DNA of 64,000 nt, from contig NC_068983.1 in the NCBI RefSeq assembly GCF_001194135.2, forward strand, positions 164,239,461 to 164,303,460, in the 5' to 3' direction. The DNA is from Octopus bimaculoides. Taxonomy: Eukaryota. The position numbers and the translations under genes were made by a program. This document shows, piece after piece, positions 1 through 11,607 of the stretch (positions are counted from its first letter, which is position 1; the number at the start of each line of letters is the position of its first letter). The notes beneath the pieces are model-generated. The model was not told the origin of the DNA, ran no database searches, and saw only the letters and a program-made list of their open reading frames with translations.

Positions 1-1744
1 CAATAACAGACACATGTGTTTTGTCATTGTTTAATGTCTCCCATGAGATACCAAACAAAATAATGCAGACAATTTATGCTTCAATGTTAATGAAATATGG
101 TAATATTTTAATTACATACTGGTTGATCAGAAGTTGGTATCTTGATTCCAGGAATGGCTTCTAGTAGCATGAAGAAGTAGTCTGTGGAACATAAGCTGAA
201 ACGATAAAAAATAGGTGAGTTTAATTATTTGAAGTTGTTGGGGTTCATAACTCTACAATTTGGGGCTTGAACTTCGTGGATTGTATCAAAGGCAAGGCAG
301 AGTAATAGGGACCACCCTTCTAAATTACACCCTTGGGAGAAGTTTAGGTCAACAAGTGTAAGCAAATGGAATACTTGTTGACTTTGTATGATAGCATCCT
401 ATATGACAAGTGTAAACACTTAAGATGTCTATGAACTAATAAGAAAGTAACTACATGCTTGTTTGATCTTTTAAATATGGCAGCTAAATCTCCCTCAAAT
501 ATTAATTCCTGTTGTAGAAAAGGAATACTGTATTGAATTTAGATTTTGAAACACAAGGCCAGCAATTTCAGGGAGGGTGAGTAAACTGATTACATCGACC
601 CAAGTACATGACCGGTACTCATTTTATCAACTCTGAAAGGATGTCATGTTGACAATTCTGGCAGCTCACCGTATTAGAAAATGTTGTTTTACATTATCCT
701 GAAAAGACGGGCTGGTCATGACAGGAGTGCCTTTACACTTTGCCAGTCTAAGAACTTGGGAAGAAATTCTCAGAGACATGCATTAAATGGAAATCAAAAG
801 GTGAAAACCAAAAAGTGAGATCAGTGTGAACACAATCTATTTAATAAGGAAAGTTTGATTAAATAAAATCACACCAGGGACTAGAAAAAGATTCATCGAT
901 TAATTGAGGTCAAAAAAAGCAAGGGAAATAACTCTGACATCTTAGTTGTCTAAATAAATACAGTGCCATACTTCCTATTATTGGTTTCGGGCAATAAACT
1001 GCACTTTCAAAGACATCAGGGTAGAAATCATAATGCAGAGAAGTTCAAAGATGGAATTATTAACTGTGGAGAGCCAGCAGTATTAGAGAGAGGAAGCTGG
1101 AGGGTTGGTGGGGTTATTGTGAGTGTTAAGACAGGGAAAAGAGCTAGTACAGGAAGAAAGATATGTATGTATGTGTGCATGATGTTGTATATGCTTGTCT
1201 TTCCTTGTCTTCGCCTTTTGTGACAGTTGTAAATCAGTGCTACTGTCGTACAAGCAGTGTTACTCATTTGTAATACCTCACAAAAATATGTTTGGCCATG
1301 GGAAATATTACTTTGCTTAGAAACAGATAAGAATTGGATGACAAGAAGGTTATGCAGCCATAGAAAATATCTCCCTAATTAGACTCTGTCTGATCCATGC
1401 AAACTTTGCAAAGGAGACGTTAAAATAATGAAGATGATGATATATATATATATATATATATATATACAGGGTGCATAAGGTATTTGAGGACATAACCTTT
1501 TTTGGTCATTGCTGCATTTTTTGCTAACTCTGTATAATCTTTGTTTCAGAAAATAATAATGGCAGACCTTCATGTGTGTGAAGATAGGAAAAGAATCGTT
1601 AACAAATGCAATGAGCTCCTTGTAATCTGTAAATATGAATTNNNNNNNNNNNNNNNNNNNNNNNNNNNNNNNNNNNNNNNNNNNNNNNNNNNNNNNNNNN
1701 NNNNNNNNNNNNNNNNNNNNNNNNNNNNNNNNNNNNNNNNNNNN

Positions 1745-1821
<77 letters not shown>

Positions 1822-1934
1822 ATGTCTGTGTGTGTGAGAGAGAGGGAGAGAGAGAAAGAAAGGAAAGAGAGAGAGGGGAGAGAAAGAGAGTGTTTTTGAG
1901 CCTCCTCCTTGTGTTGGAACCCTGTGATAGCTGT

Positions 1935-2135
1935 AAATGAGTGTCACTGCCATAGAAGCAGTGTCATTTATTTTCCAATATTCTGTGAAGATATGCCTGG
2001 CTATGGCTGGAAACAGGTGAGGGTTGACAGCAGGAAGAGCATCTGGCTGTAGAAACCCTGCCTCAGCAGATTCCATCTGATGCGTGTGAGCATGGAAAGA
2101 TGGGTGTAAAAATGATGAAGATGATGATGATGATA
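1935..2135 (+). mobile_element. Second RTE-type tail subfamily (related copies at ~1225-1400 and ~23745-23945)
   Basis: All three share GTAAAYGAGTGTCACTG..ARGCAGTGT. Two copies end in (GAT)n. Confidence 0.55.
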
Positions 2136-2624
2136 ATTGTGCGTAATTTTTCGTTATTCTTTTTCTATTGAGCTTGCTTAGCTTCTTGAATATTTATATA
2201 ACAACAAAATATTCAGCTGCCTTCCAAATTTATGAACCAAATGTGAACATTTTTGAAACCGAAAAAGAGATAAGTACAAATAAAAATCATTTTAAAATTT
2301 AGAAGCCATAATGTTGAATATTTCTATTAAAAACGAAATCGAAGAATGAAATGTTGCAATTGAAACTGTGCAAGAAATAAAAAATCTTGTTAAAACTGAT
2401 TAAAATCATTAACTGACATTTTGTGACATCTTAAAATAAAAATGAAAGCATTTGGGAAGCTGTTGCTTCTAGCACAAACATCGGGCCCTCCAAAATGGCA
2501 GGATCTACACAAATACTCATTTCCTTGCTTTTTATTTCTAAAGATGGATCCTTGCACCTGAAATATAAAGGTTTCTTAAAAATTGCTGCATTGTTAGAAG
2601 CTACCTTTATTTCTCATTAGTCCT

Positions 2625-3102
2625 GTGGTGGTGGCACATAAAAAGCACCATTTGAGCATGGTCAATGCCAGTACCAGCTGACTGGTCTCATGCCGGTGGT
2701 ATGTAAAAAGCACCATTTAAGCGTGGTTGATGCCAGTGCCGGCTGACTGGCCCCCATGCCGCCTGACTGGCTACCATGCTGGTGGTACATAAAAAGCACC
2801 ATTTGAACGTGGTCATTGCCAGTGCCGCCTGACTGGCTCCCATGCCGGTGATACGTAAAAAATGCCATTTGAGCATGCTCGATGCCAGTACCGGCTGACT
2901 GGTCCCATGTTGGTGGCACGTAAAAGCACCTACTACACTCTTGGAGTGGTTGATATTAGGAAGGGCATCCAGCTGTAGAAACCATGCCAAATCAGATTGG
3001 CATCTGGTGCAACCTCCTGGCTTTCCAGACCCAAGTCAAACCGTCCAACCCATGCCAGCATAGAAAACGGACGTTAAACGACGATGAAGATGATGATGAT
3101 GA
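2625..3102 (+). mobile_element. RTE 3' UTR copy with ~4.5 tandem 65-bp units and (GAT)n tail
   Basis: The AAAAGCACC motif recurs near 2645, 2710, 2796, 2862 and 2926. It is followed by the conserved TTAGGAAGGGCATCCAGCTGTAGAAAC...CCAACCCATGCCAGCAT tail. Confidence 0.85.
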
Positions 3103-3721
3103 TCCATTATTATACTTCTATACTACAATGCTTCAAGCAAACTACAACACTCTTCTAGAAATAAAATGTTTTCTTTGTAGCTGCTAAACATTGAAATGAA
3201 AGTTCCAAACGAATAGGTTAACAGATGATATTGTTCCTCATCTTTAAACTGTGTTGATGGCCAAAACAGGACTCCAGTAAGGACTCCAGGACTGTTTTCG
3301 TATTGGCTGAATCTGGAAGAAGGGGTCGTGCCCAAACCCTTCACATGCCTTCTTGAACAAGTCAAATCAATGTGGTTTCATCCTCTTGTACATTTGTAAC
3401 ACAGCAGCAACAGGAAACAATGTTTTGTAGAGGAAGTGCTGAGAATAGGGATGAATAAGGGAACTTTGTGGGGACAGAGTATGAGTGAGGAAAGGAGAAG
3501 TGGAAGTGGTTTGTGAACAGCTAGATTTAAGAAGTAGAGGCCAAAGTAGTAGTGGTAAACAAAAGGCAAAGAGAGGACACAGAATGACCTGTGGTCAGTG
3601 GCTTCAGTCAGTTGGAATGTGATGCCATAACAACTTGTTAAGTGACTTTTCTTTGTCTGTGATCTGGAATATTTTTGTATGTAGCAGCGACAGTGTCCCA
3701 GATCTGAGAGCAGTACTCATT

Positions 3722-3985
3722 TCATCATTATCATCATCATCATAAATGCTTTGACAGGAGTTGCTGGCCCTGGAGACTGTGCCAGTCTTTACTGTCTGCT
3801 TTGGCATGGTTTCTACAGCTAGATGCCCTTTCTTAATGTCAAGGTCCCGTAGTCTGTTTTTGGTTTGGTTTCTACAGCTGGATGCCCTTCCTCCTAACAC
3901 CAACCACTTTATAGAGTGTAGTGAGAGCTTTTTATATGGCACCAGCACAGGTGCCTTTTACATGGCACCAGCACCAATGCTTTTC
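3722..3985 (-). mobile_element. RTE 3' tail copy
   Basis: Reverse complement of the tail (TTTCTACAGCTGGATGCCCTTCC...CCAACCACT), preceded by (CAT)n. Confidence 0.7.
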
Positions 3986-5397
3986 ATGTGGAACCATCCA
4001 CACATATTGACTGAAAAACCACCTCTGGCCGCTTCAGACAAATGATCCTGACAAATTCCTCTCTCAGGCAAGGTGCCACACAGCTTGTCTCTACCATCAC
4101 CCCATTCTTCATTTTCTCTCTTTTCTTAGGGACATATATGAATCTTTGAAGAAATGTGATATTGAAACCAAAACCATGTGATTAGGAAACAAACTTCCCA
4201 CCCACACAACCATTCCTGCCCCTATAAGGAATGAAATACTTCCATGACTGACTGCTACTTTTAGGAACAACTGCTGCCTTCTTTGGCAAACTGATTCTCC
4301 AGGAATGTAACCAACATAAAAATAAAAGTCTTGAAGAAGGAACCAACTGGTTAACTAAAATTTATTTCGGAATTTTTTTATAGACATTTCACCTCTCGAA
4401 AGACGCACAACTGTTCATTTATGACAAAGTTTATTATTAAGATAGACTATATTTTCTTTCCATATTGTTATTGTTATTGTTGTTGGTGCTGTTGTTGTTG
4501 TTGTTAATGTTATTTTGCATTTTTAAGTGTTTTATCAATTGGATTTCTAGCACTTTCACTTTAATTTTAAGAATATTTGGAGAGGAATAAATAATGCCAT
4601 AATTTCTTGAGAAAGCTTTTCAATGACATCATTAGCACTCTAATAATTGGAATATCTTATCAACAACCAAAAAAGAAAACAGAAAAAAGAGACTTGTTTA
4701 AGACGACTATAACCAATCCACATTAATCACACAGAGAAGATTCTTCTCCTTGCAGCAGAATATGTTTCAAGTTGGAAACTTCATTTCTAAAGCAGAACAG
4801 GATTCTTTGTTTTGTGTTCTTTTTTGTTATTTTATTTGATTTCCATTTACCCTGTCAAGAGAAATCAATACTAGATTAAGTATTGTTTCTTTTCACAAGA
4901 ATTAATTATTCTTGAGGTGAAACTGTAAATGGAGAAACTAGAATAAATAGAAAAAAAAAGGCCATGATGAAAACTTCTAAATTCCCAATAGAATATATCT
5001 ATAAACACATACATGTACAGACACACCACAAACACACACACACACAATTATATATATTCACGTGTGTGTATGTATATACACAAATACATACATACATAGT
5101 TATATATATACACACATATATAATCTATTTTGCCATAAATGCACTTACATAAATGCATATGCAATTTCATATGAAAATGTAAGTGTATATACATATGTAT
5201 ACACGTGTACTTACAATTTACCAAAGGCAATACATGCATTCATACATACATACATACATACATACATACATACATACAAACGTGCATATATATATATGTA
5301 TATGTATGTGTGTATGTGTACGCATTTGTACACACATAGATGCACATATAATTTACCAAAGGCAGCATATATATATGCATGCTAGTATGTATGTTAG

Positions 5398-5452
<55 letters not shown>

Positions 5453-5907
5453 NNNNNNNNNNNNNNNNNNNNNNNNNNNNNNNNNNNNNNNNNNNNNNNN
5501 NNNNNNNNNNNNNNNNNNNNNNNNNNNNNNNNNNNNNNNNNNNNNNNNNNNNNNNNNNNNNNNNNNNNNNNNNNNNNNNNNNNNNNNNNNNNNNNNNNNN
5601 NNNNNNNNNNNNNNNNNNNNNNNNNNNNNNNNNNNNNNNNNNNNNNNNNNNNNNNNNNNNNNNNNNNNNNNNNNNNNNNNNNNNNNNNNNNNNNNNNNNN
5701 NNNNNNNNNNNNNNNNNNNNNNNNNNNNNNNNNNNNNNNNNNNNNNNNNNNNNNNNNNNNNNNNNNNNNNNNNNNNNNNNNNNNNNNNNNNNNNNNNNNN
5801 NNNNNNNNNNNNNNNNNNNNNNNNNNNNNNNNNNNNNNNNNNNNNNNNNNNNNNNNNNNNNNNNNNNNNNNNNNNNNNNNNNNNNNNNNNNNNNNNNNNN
5901 NNNNNNN

Positions 5908-5957
<50 letters not shown>

Positions 5958-6101
5958 TATGAATATATATGTGTGTGTATATTAATATGTACATATATAT
6001 ATAGTTTGAATTTACAAAAAAAAAACAAAAAACAAAAGACAAAGACGGGTGTGTAAACAAGAAGCAGGTGCATTAGTTTAACACTCGGGAAGTGAGAATG
6101 T

Positions 6102-6137
6102 CTTTTATGTTTCAAGCCTATGCTCATCATCAGAAAG
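6102..6137 (-). ncRNA. Minimal hammerhead motif (family 2), decayed
   Basis: The reverse complement reads CTTT CTGATGA T GAGC ATAG GCTT GAAA C ATA AAAG. Stem I is CTTT/AAAG; the ACAT stem III looks like a decayed ACGT. Confidence 0.6.
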
Positions 6138-6409
6138 GAACACAGAAATAAACAGGGAGAGAAAACAAAAAAGGTTTAGTGGTTAGTGATCTATGATGGC
6201 GAATGCCGGACAGAGGTGGTCATATATATGTACATAAATAATAGCAGATGGATAATGTGTCAATTCACTACAACTGTTTCCAACGAATTTTTAATTGGTT
6301 AATGGAGACATTACATGATTAGAAAAAGCCTATGACCAGCAAGGGTCGTAGAATCATAAAGGTGCACATGCCATTGCCTTTAAATGATTCTAAATGTTGT
6401 GGTTTATGT

Positions 6410-6490
6410 ATTCACCTGATGAAAACAGATTTTCCTAATGTTGTAATGAATGAATAAATAAAAGATTTGTTGGAAACGGCTGTAGTGAAT
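6410..6490 (+). ncRNA. Type I hammerhead ribozyme motif (family 3)
   Basis: Stem I ATTCAC/GTGAAT (6 bp); core CTGATGA; stem II AACAGATTTT/AAGATTTGTT (10 bp, 2 wobbles); GAAA; stem III AC-GGCT-GT; GTA triplet with predicted cleavage after 6484. Confidence 0.75.
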
Positions 6491-7322
6491 TGACACATTA
6501 TCCATCTGGTGTTATTTGTTTATTTATTATTCACCTCCCTCAGAACCCACTCATCACATGATCCAAAGTATATTATGGACCATACACTTAGTGCAGTGTA
6601 TGTTTCCTGATTAGTGTCAGGGCTCATGGTATACTCAGCCAGGTGCAGTTAATCATATACATAACCTGAATATCTTTCTGCCTCTACTTCAGTACCAGCA
6701 TATGTATCTCTCTATTTTTGCTGTGTACACAGTTTACTTTTTGACCTAATCTGGGTCCTTCATTTACTTGAATCCTGCACTAATATATACGTATACACAC
6801 ACACACACACATGGTGATTCCTTCATCTTGACAAATGACAGCCATCCCATCAACATACACAGCACACCCCATCACACAACACAGCCACTCCATTGATGAA
6901 CCCTCAGATGACTCTTAAGACCAGATGCTGACTGACAGGGTTTAAAACACAAGTGACAGATATTATTCAAGTTTCTTCTATATCTTTGCCCTTTGGAATC
7001 TGATTCCGAAGAAATGGTTTTGAGAACTAGCAAATGTCTTTTAAGTCCAGATTTTTTTGTCTTACAAGTTTTTTGACATATGACACAAGTCGTGAGAGGT
7101 GGCTGGGTATTTCGATTTTCATGTTACTTCATATGATTCAGATATCCTGCTTTTGACAACAGAACATGGTCACATGTGCTGCACATTAGGACTGAACCTG
7201 AAACCACAGGATTGGAAAGCAAACTTCCTGTTACACAGCCATGCCCCTCCCTATTAACAATAATGTTACCATATTCCTGATGAAATGCACTGACTTTGTT
7301 TCAAATAATTTTGAAAATAATG

Positions 7323-7704
7323 AGGCACTCCGTTGGTTATGACGACGAGGGTTTCAGTTGATCCGATCAACAGAACAGCATGCTTGGGAAATTAATGTGT
7401 AAGTGGCTGAGCACTCCACAGATACGTGTACCTTTAACGTAGTTTTCGGGGAGATTCAGCATGACACAGAGTGTGACAAGACTGGCTCCTTTGAAATACA
7501 GGTACAACAGAAACAAGAAGAAAGATTGAGAGAAAGTTGTGGTGAAAGAGTACAGCAGGGTTCGCCACCATCCTCTGCCAGAGCCCTTTGGAGTTTTAAG
7601 TGTTTTCGCTCAATAAACATTCACAACGCCCAGTCTAGGAATCGAAACTGCAATCCTACAACTGCAAGTCTGCTGCCCTAACCACTGAGCCATTGTGCCT
7701 CCAC
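7323..7704 (-). mobile_element. tRNA-derived SINE family C; a related head lies at ~40080-40165 minus
   Basis: The reverse complement starts GGAGGCACAATGGCTCAGTGGTTAGGGCAGC (A box) and has GTTTCGATTCC (B box). Confidence 0.75.
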
Positions 7705-8424
7705 ATTTTGAAAATAAAAAAGATGTTATTAAGGTAATATTGTTCTTATTAGGCTGGAACATAAATTAACATAGAATTTTGATGGAAGGTTTTAATTCTG
7801 ACCGCTTTAAAACAGGAAGTTTACATCTTAGAACTAAAAATGGTCTCTGAAGAGTTGGCATCAAAATATTTAACTGATAATGTCTACAAGAAATAAACAG
7901 ATAGCGAGAACAAAGCAACACAATACCAGTCATTTTTGTTTTTTCCAATTTGTGTTGATGCTTGCCGAGGCCTAAGATGTACCTGGTGATAGAGGTTCAA
8001 TTTCTAGTATGTTTGCCAATATTTTTTTTTTTAGTTTCTTTTAGTAAATATCAATAATTTATTTTTTATCTGTAAAAATGTATTTCATTAAAAGACGAAT
8101 GTGCGTGTCAGTCTGTATGTTTGTATTTGTTTGTAGTTTTATGTGTGTGTATGAATGTATTACAGTTTTATTGCTGTGAAATTTCTGATATTAATATTTA
8201 ATATTGGTGGCACCGTTCTGTTAACTACGGAATAAGGCGATCACTGTTGTAGAATATGTTAGTGTGTGATTAAACGTCTGCTGAAGATGTTACTATTATC
8301 ATTCAATGAATAATGATTAATTTTAATAAGAATAATGATTATTTCTTTTCATATCATCAATAATTTAATAAGTCTGTCATGAGACAGGAAATCAGTGAAT
8401 CTGAGAAGTAATCAATTACAAAAG

Positions 8425-8457
8425 TCATCATCATCATCGTCATCGTCATCGTCATCG

Positions 8458-8492
<35 letters not shown>

Positions 8493-8734
8493 GTCGTCGT
8501 CGTCGTCATCGTCATTATCATCATCATCGTCATCGTCATCGTTGTCATCATCACCATCATCATCGTCGTCATCGTCATCATCATCATTATCATCGTCGTC
8601 GACGTCGTCGTCATCGTCATCATCATTATCATCGTCGTCGTTGTCGTCGTCATCGTCATCATCATCATCATCATTATCGTCATCGTCGTTATCATCATCA
8701 TCATCATCACCATCAACATCATCATCACCAAGAC

Positions 8735-8767
<33 letters not shown>

Positions 8768-8805
8768 TGTCATCGTCATCATTGTCATCATCATCATCAT
8801 CATTA
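8425..8805. repeat. Long compound (CAT/CGT)n tract
   Basis: Directly visible. Comparable tracts occur at 23930-24345, 28055-28412, 28635-28915, 35925-36250, 50255-50565 and 54165-54300. Confidence 0.95.
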
Positions 8806-8809
8806 TCAA

Positions 8810-9040
8810 TTAAAATCTGTTTTCCATGCTGCCATGGTCCTTGACAGTCTGGCAGAGGGGCTGGTGAGGCCAGGAGTCACATCAGGCTCCAGTTGTCTGG
8901 CTTGGCTTGGTTTATACAGAGTGGACAGAATGCTTTCTTCATGGCACCAACACAAAGGCATTTATATTCATGGCACCAGCATGAGTGTTCTATATGCTGA
9001 ACCAGTACGAGTGCTTTTTACTTGGCTCCAGCCCAGGTGT
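8810..9040 (-). mobile_element. Diverged RTE 3' tail copy
   Basis: TTAAAATCTGTTTTCCATGCTGCCATGG lies next to the (CAT/CGT)n tract. Confidence 0.6.
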
Positions 9041-9390
9041 TTTCATCAATAATAAAAATAAGAATCAAACAAGAAAATTGCAGCCAAGCTCGGTCTGCAT
9101 GATAGTGGTGTCAGACGTGGCATTCAGACAATCATAGAACTGGTTAGACATTTGCCTTGCATTTTTAATCTTCCATTTTATTTTGACATACGCATTGCGT
9201 TTTTATATTTTTCTTCCATTTTACCAATCTACTCTGCACGTGCAAATTGCCTCTTCATATGTTTCTTTCTGTTTCCTACTCAAAACTGTTTATATGTCAC
9301 AACCATCACAACCATCTCACAAACTGGCATTTGTGAAGAGTGCTTTGCACCCTGATGTGAAGAAAAGAAATTAATCAACATTTATTGCAT

Positions 9391-9684
9391 TTCTATATTT
9401 AAGAGATGAGGAATTAAGTATATTATTTACATTTGACATAGTGGTTAAGAGCACGGGCTACTAACCCCAACATTCTGAGTTCGATTCCAGACAGTGACCT
9501 TAATAATAATAAGAATAATAATCATAATAATGTAATAACGAATTGAACTCGGAATCTTGGGGTTAGAAGCCTGAGCTCTTAACCACTAAGCCATATGCCC
9601 ATGGGCAATTATGGAGTGAATTTTTAGGGCTTATAAACCTAATACTTTCTTATCCTTCCAAGTTTGATTCCAGGCAGTGACCTA

Positions 9685-9731
<47 letters not shown>

Positions 9732-9755
9732 TGATAATGATGATGATAATAATAA
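9391..9755. mobile_element. Rearranged cluster of the same element: minus tail, plus head, minus head, partial plus head
   Basis: 9391-9438 is the reverse complement of the tail. 9436-9500 is a plus head and 9541-9601 a minus head. 9663-9755 is a partial head plus (AAT)n. Confidence 0.75.
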
Positions 9756-9761
9756 CATCAC

Positions 9762-10710
9762 AGTCTAAGGAAGATTAACCGAGAAGATAGCTTTCGTGTG
9801 CGGCAGATGCACAGGGGCAATAAACACCACAGATGCTCAGAAAACAGATTCCATCACACTCCAGGGGGAGAAACTAGAAGTAGTTGATAGCTTCTGCTAC
9901 CTAGGTGACCAAGTTAGCAGTGGGGGATGGGATGCTCTGAGAGTGTTACCACTAGAATAAGAATAGCCTGGACAAAGTTTAGAAAGCTTCTACCCGTACA
10001 GGTGACAAAGGGCCTCTTGCTCAGAGTGAAAGGTAGATTGTACGATGCATGTGTGTAAACTGCTATGCTTCATGACAGTGAAATGTTGGACATAAGAAGC
10101 ATCGGATGTGGCGTGCAAGAGAGACATTTGCGCTGGTATGGTCAAGTATTACGGATGGATGAGGAGAACTGTGTGAATCCGGGGTAGAGGGAGACCCAGG
10201 AAGACATGGGATGAGGTGGTGAAGCTTGACCTTTGAACGTTGGGCCTCACAGAGGCAATGACGAAAGACNNNNNNNNNNCTTGACCTTTGAACGTTGGGC
10301 CTCACAGAGGCAATGACGAAAGACCGAGACCTCTGGAGATATGCTGTGACTGCGAAGACCCGGCAAATAAAGTGAAGACCTGCAATAAAGTGAGTTCACG
10401 GGTGTATCCTACACCAGTTTTGCATAACCAGCCCCAGCCCATTCAAAAGTACCTTGGATCGTAGGGTGACCTGCTGTGCTTGAGGAGACCTATTGAGTCA
10501 AGTACATCAACATGAAAATGAAAATCAAATGGAAATTGCAGTTGTGATACCCATGCCGATGGCATTTAAAAGAGCACCCACTACACACTCGGAGTGGTTG
10601 GCATTAGGAAGGGCATCCAGCTGCAGAAACACTGCCAGATAAGATTGGAGCCTGGTGCAGCCATCTGGTTCGCCAGTCCTCAGTCAAATCGTTCAACCCA
10701 TGCTAGCATG
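9762..10710 (+). mobile_element. RTE-clade LINE, 5'-truncated: decayed RT C-terminus plus 3' UTR
   Basis: Translation includes EKLEVVDSFCYLGDQVSSGG, TTRIRIAWTKFRKLLP, LRWYGQVLRMDE and RGRPRKTWDEVVK..DRDLWRYAV, with stops and frameshifts. It runs directly into the abundant tail repeat. Confidence 0.85.
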
Positions 10711-10921
10711 TATATATATATATATATATATAGCAATGAGAAAATGGAGGAGAATATGCGGTATTCATCGACTTGCAGACAATGTATTCTGTTGATTAAT
10801 CTGTTTGTTTTATAAGTAAATTGACAAAAACCCCAATATACAGATACTTATGACATACCATGTCATATTAACAATTAAGGTTAAAAATATAAAGGACATT
10901 TAGCAATTGGAGAAAGGACAG

Positions 10922-11055
10922 AAACTTATAGCTGTTTCGGCCTAGCGTTGACATGCCCAATTGTATCTCTATAGCTCCTGTACGCCAGAGTAATTAGTAG
11001 ATGAAAATGATGTAATGGGGTACATGCATGATTCGCTAGGCCTCTTCAGAGATTT
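10922..11055 (-). ncRNA. Hammerhead motif (family 4) with an 86-nt loop on stem II
   Basis: The reverse complement has CTGAAGA, a perfect 9-bp stem II GGCCTAGCG/CGCTAGGCC (11034-11042 and 10939-10947), GAAAC AGCT ATA, and an imperfect stem I AAATCT/AGTTTC. Confidence 0.65.
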
Positions 11056-11537
11056 ACAAAATTCAATACAAATATAAAATAAGAATAAAGTAAAAATAAA
11101 GAAATAAAAAATGAAAATATAAAAATATAAGGCACATAAAAAAGCCTACAAACAGTATATAAAACCATATAAATAGTTATAAACACGCCAATATACATGC
11201 CTGTGCCTGTATACATAACCATACGTAGATATCTATGGATACAAAAGCATAGATAGATGAGTACACATGTGTATCCAGATGCACATACACAGATGGCTGT
11301 ACATGCACACCAAAATTGTCAACAGTCACTGTCACCACATGTGAGGGGGAGGGGCATACACATATATATCTATCCCCTGACATATACGTACATACATACA
11401 TATATGTATACATAAATATTCCCATACATACATGATCCCTGGCATGAACGTTATTCGTTGCATTTGGAAAGCTGTTTATATGTTAAAATTTGTTGGGTGC
11501 GTGTGTGTCAGTTCTGGTGGATGGGTCTATGTAGAAG

Positions 11538-11607
<70 letters not shown>

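Noticed and set aside
131-220. Strong donor AG|GTGAGT near 214; similar GTAAGT donor near 63036
   Set aside because: The upstream frames are closed or unrecognisable, and isolated splice-like motifs are common by chance.
2165-2400. Possible hAT transposase C-terminal fossil (weak PNL..ISIKNE similarity); also a QHGF-like LINE remnant near 14150
   Set aside because: Too decayed to support without a profile search.
2625-2940. Regularly spaced ~65-bp repeats resembling a CRISPR array
   Set aside because: The whole unit repeats with no unique spacers, it belongs to a dispersed RTE 3' UTR, there are no cas genes, and the context is eukaryotic.
8357-8844. Long poly-Met, poly-Ser, poly-Asp, poly-Ile and poly-Leu ORFs here and at 28031-28951, 35753-36295, 50134-50769 and 54078-54725
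   Set aside because: They are translations of triplet microsatellites. The ORFs spanning N gaps are also artefacts.
10212-10330. 45-bp direct duplication inside the RTE fragment
   Set aside because: The two copies flank a 10-N gap, which points to a contig-overlap artefact. The same applies around 45256-45265.
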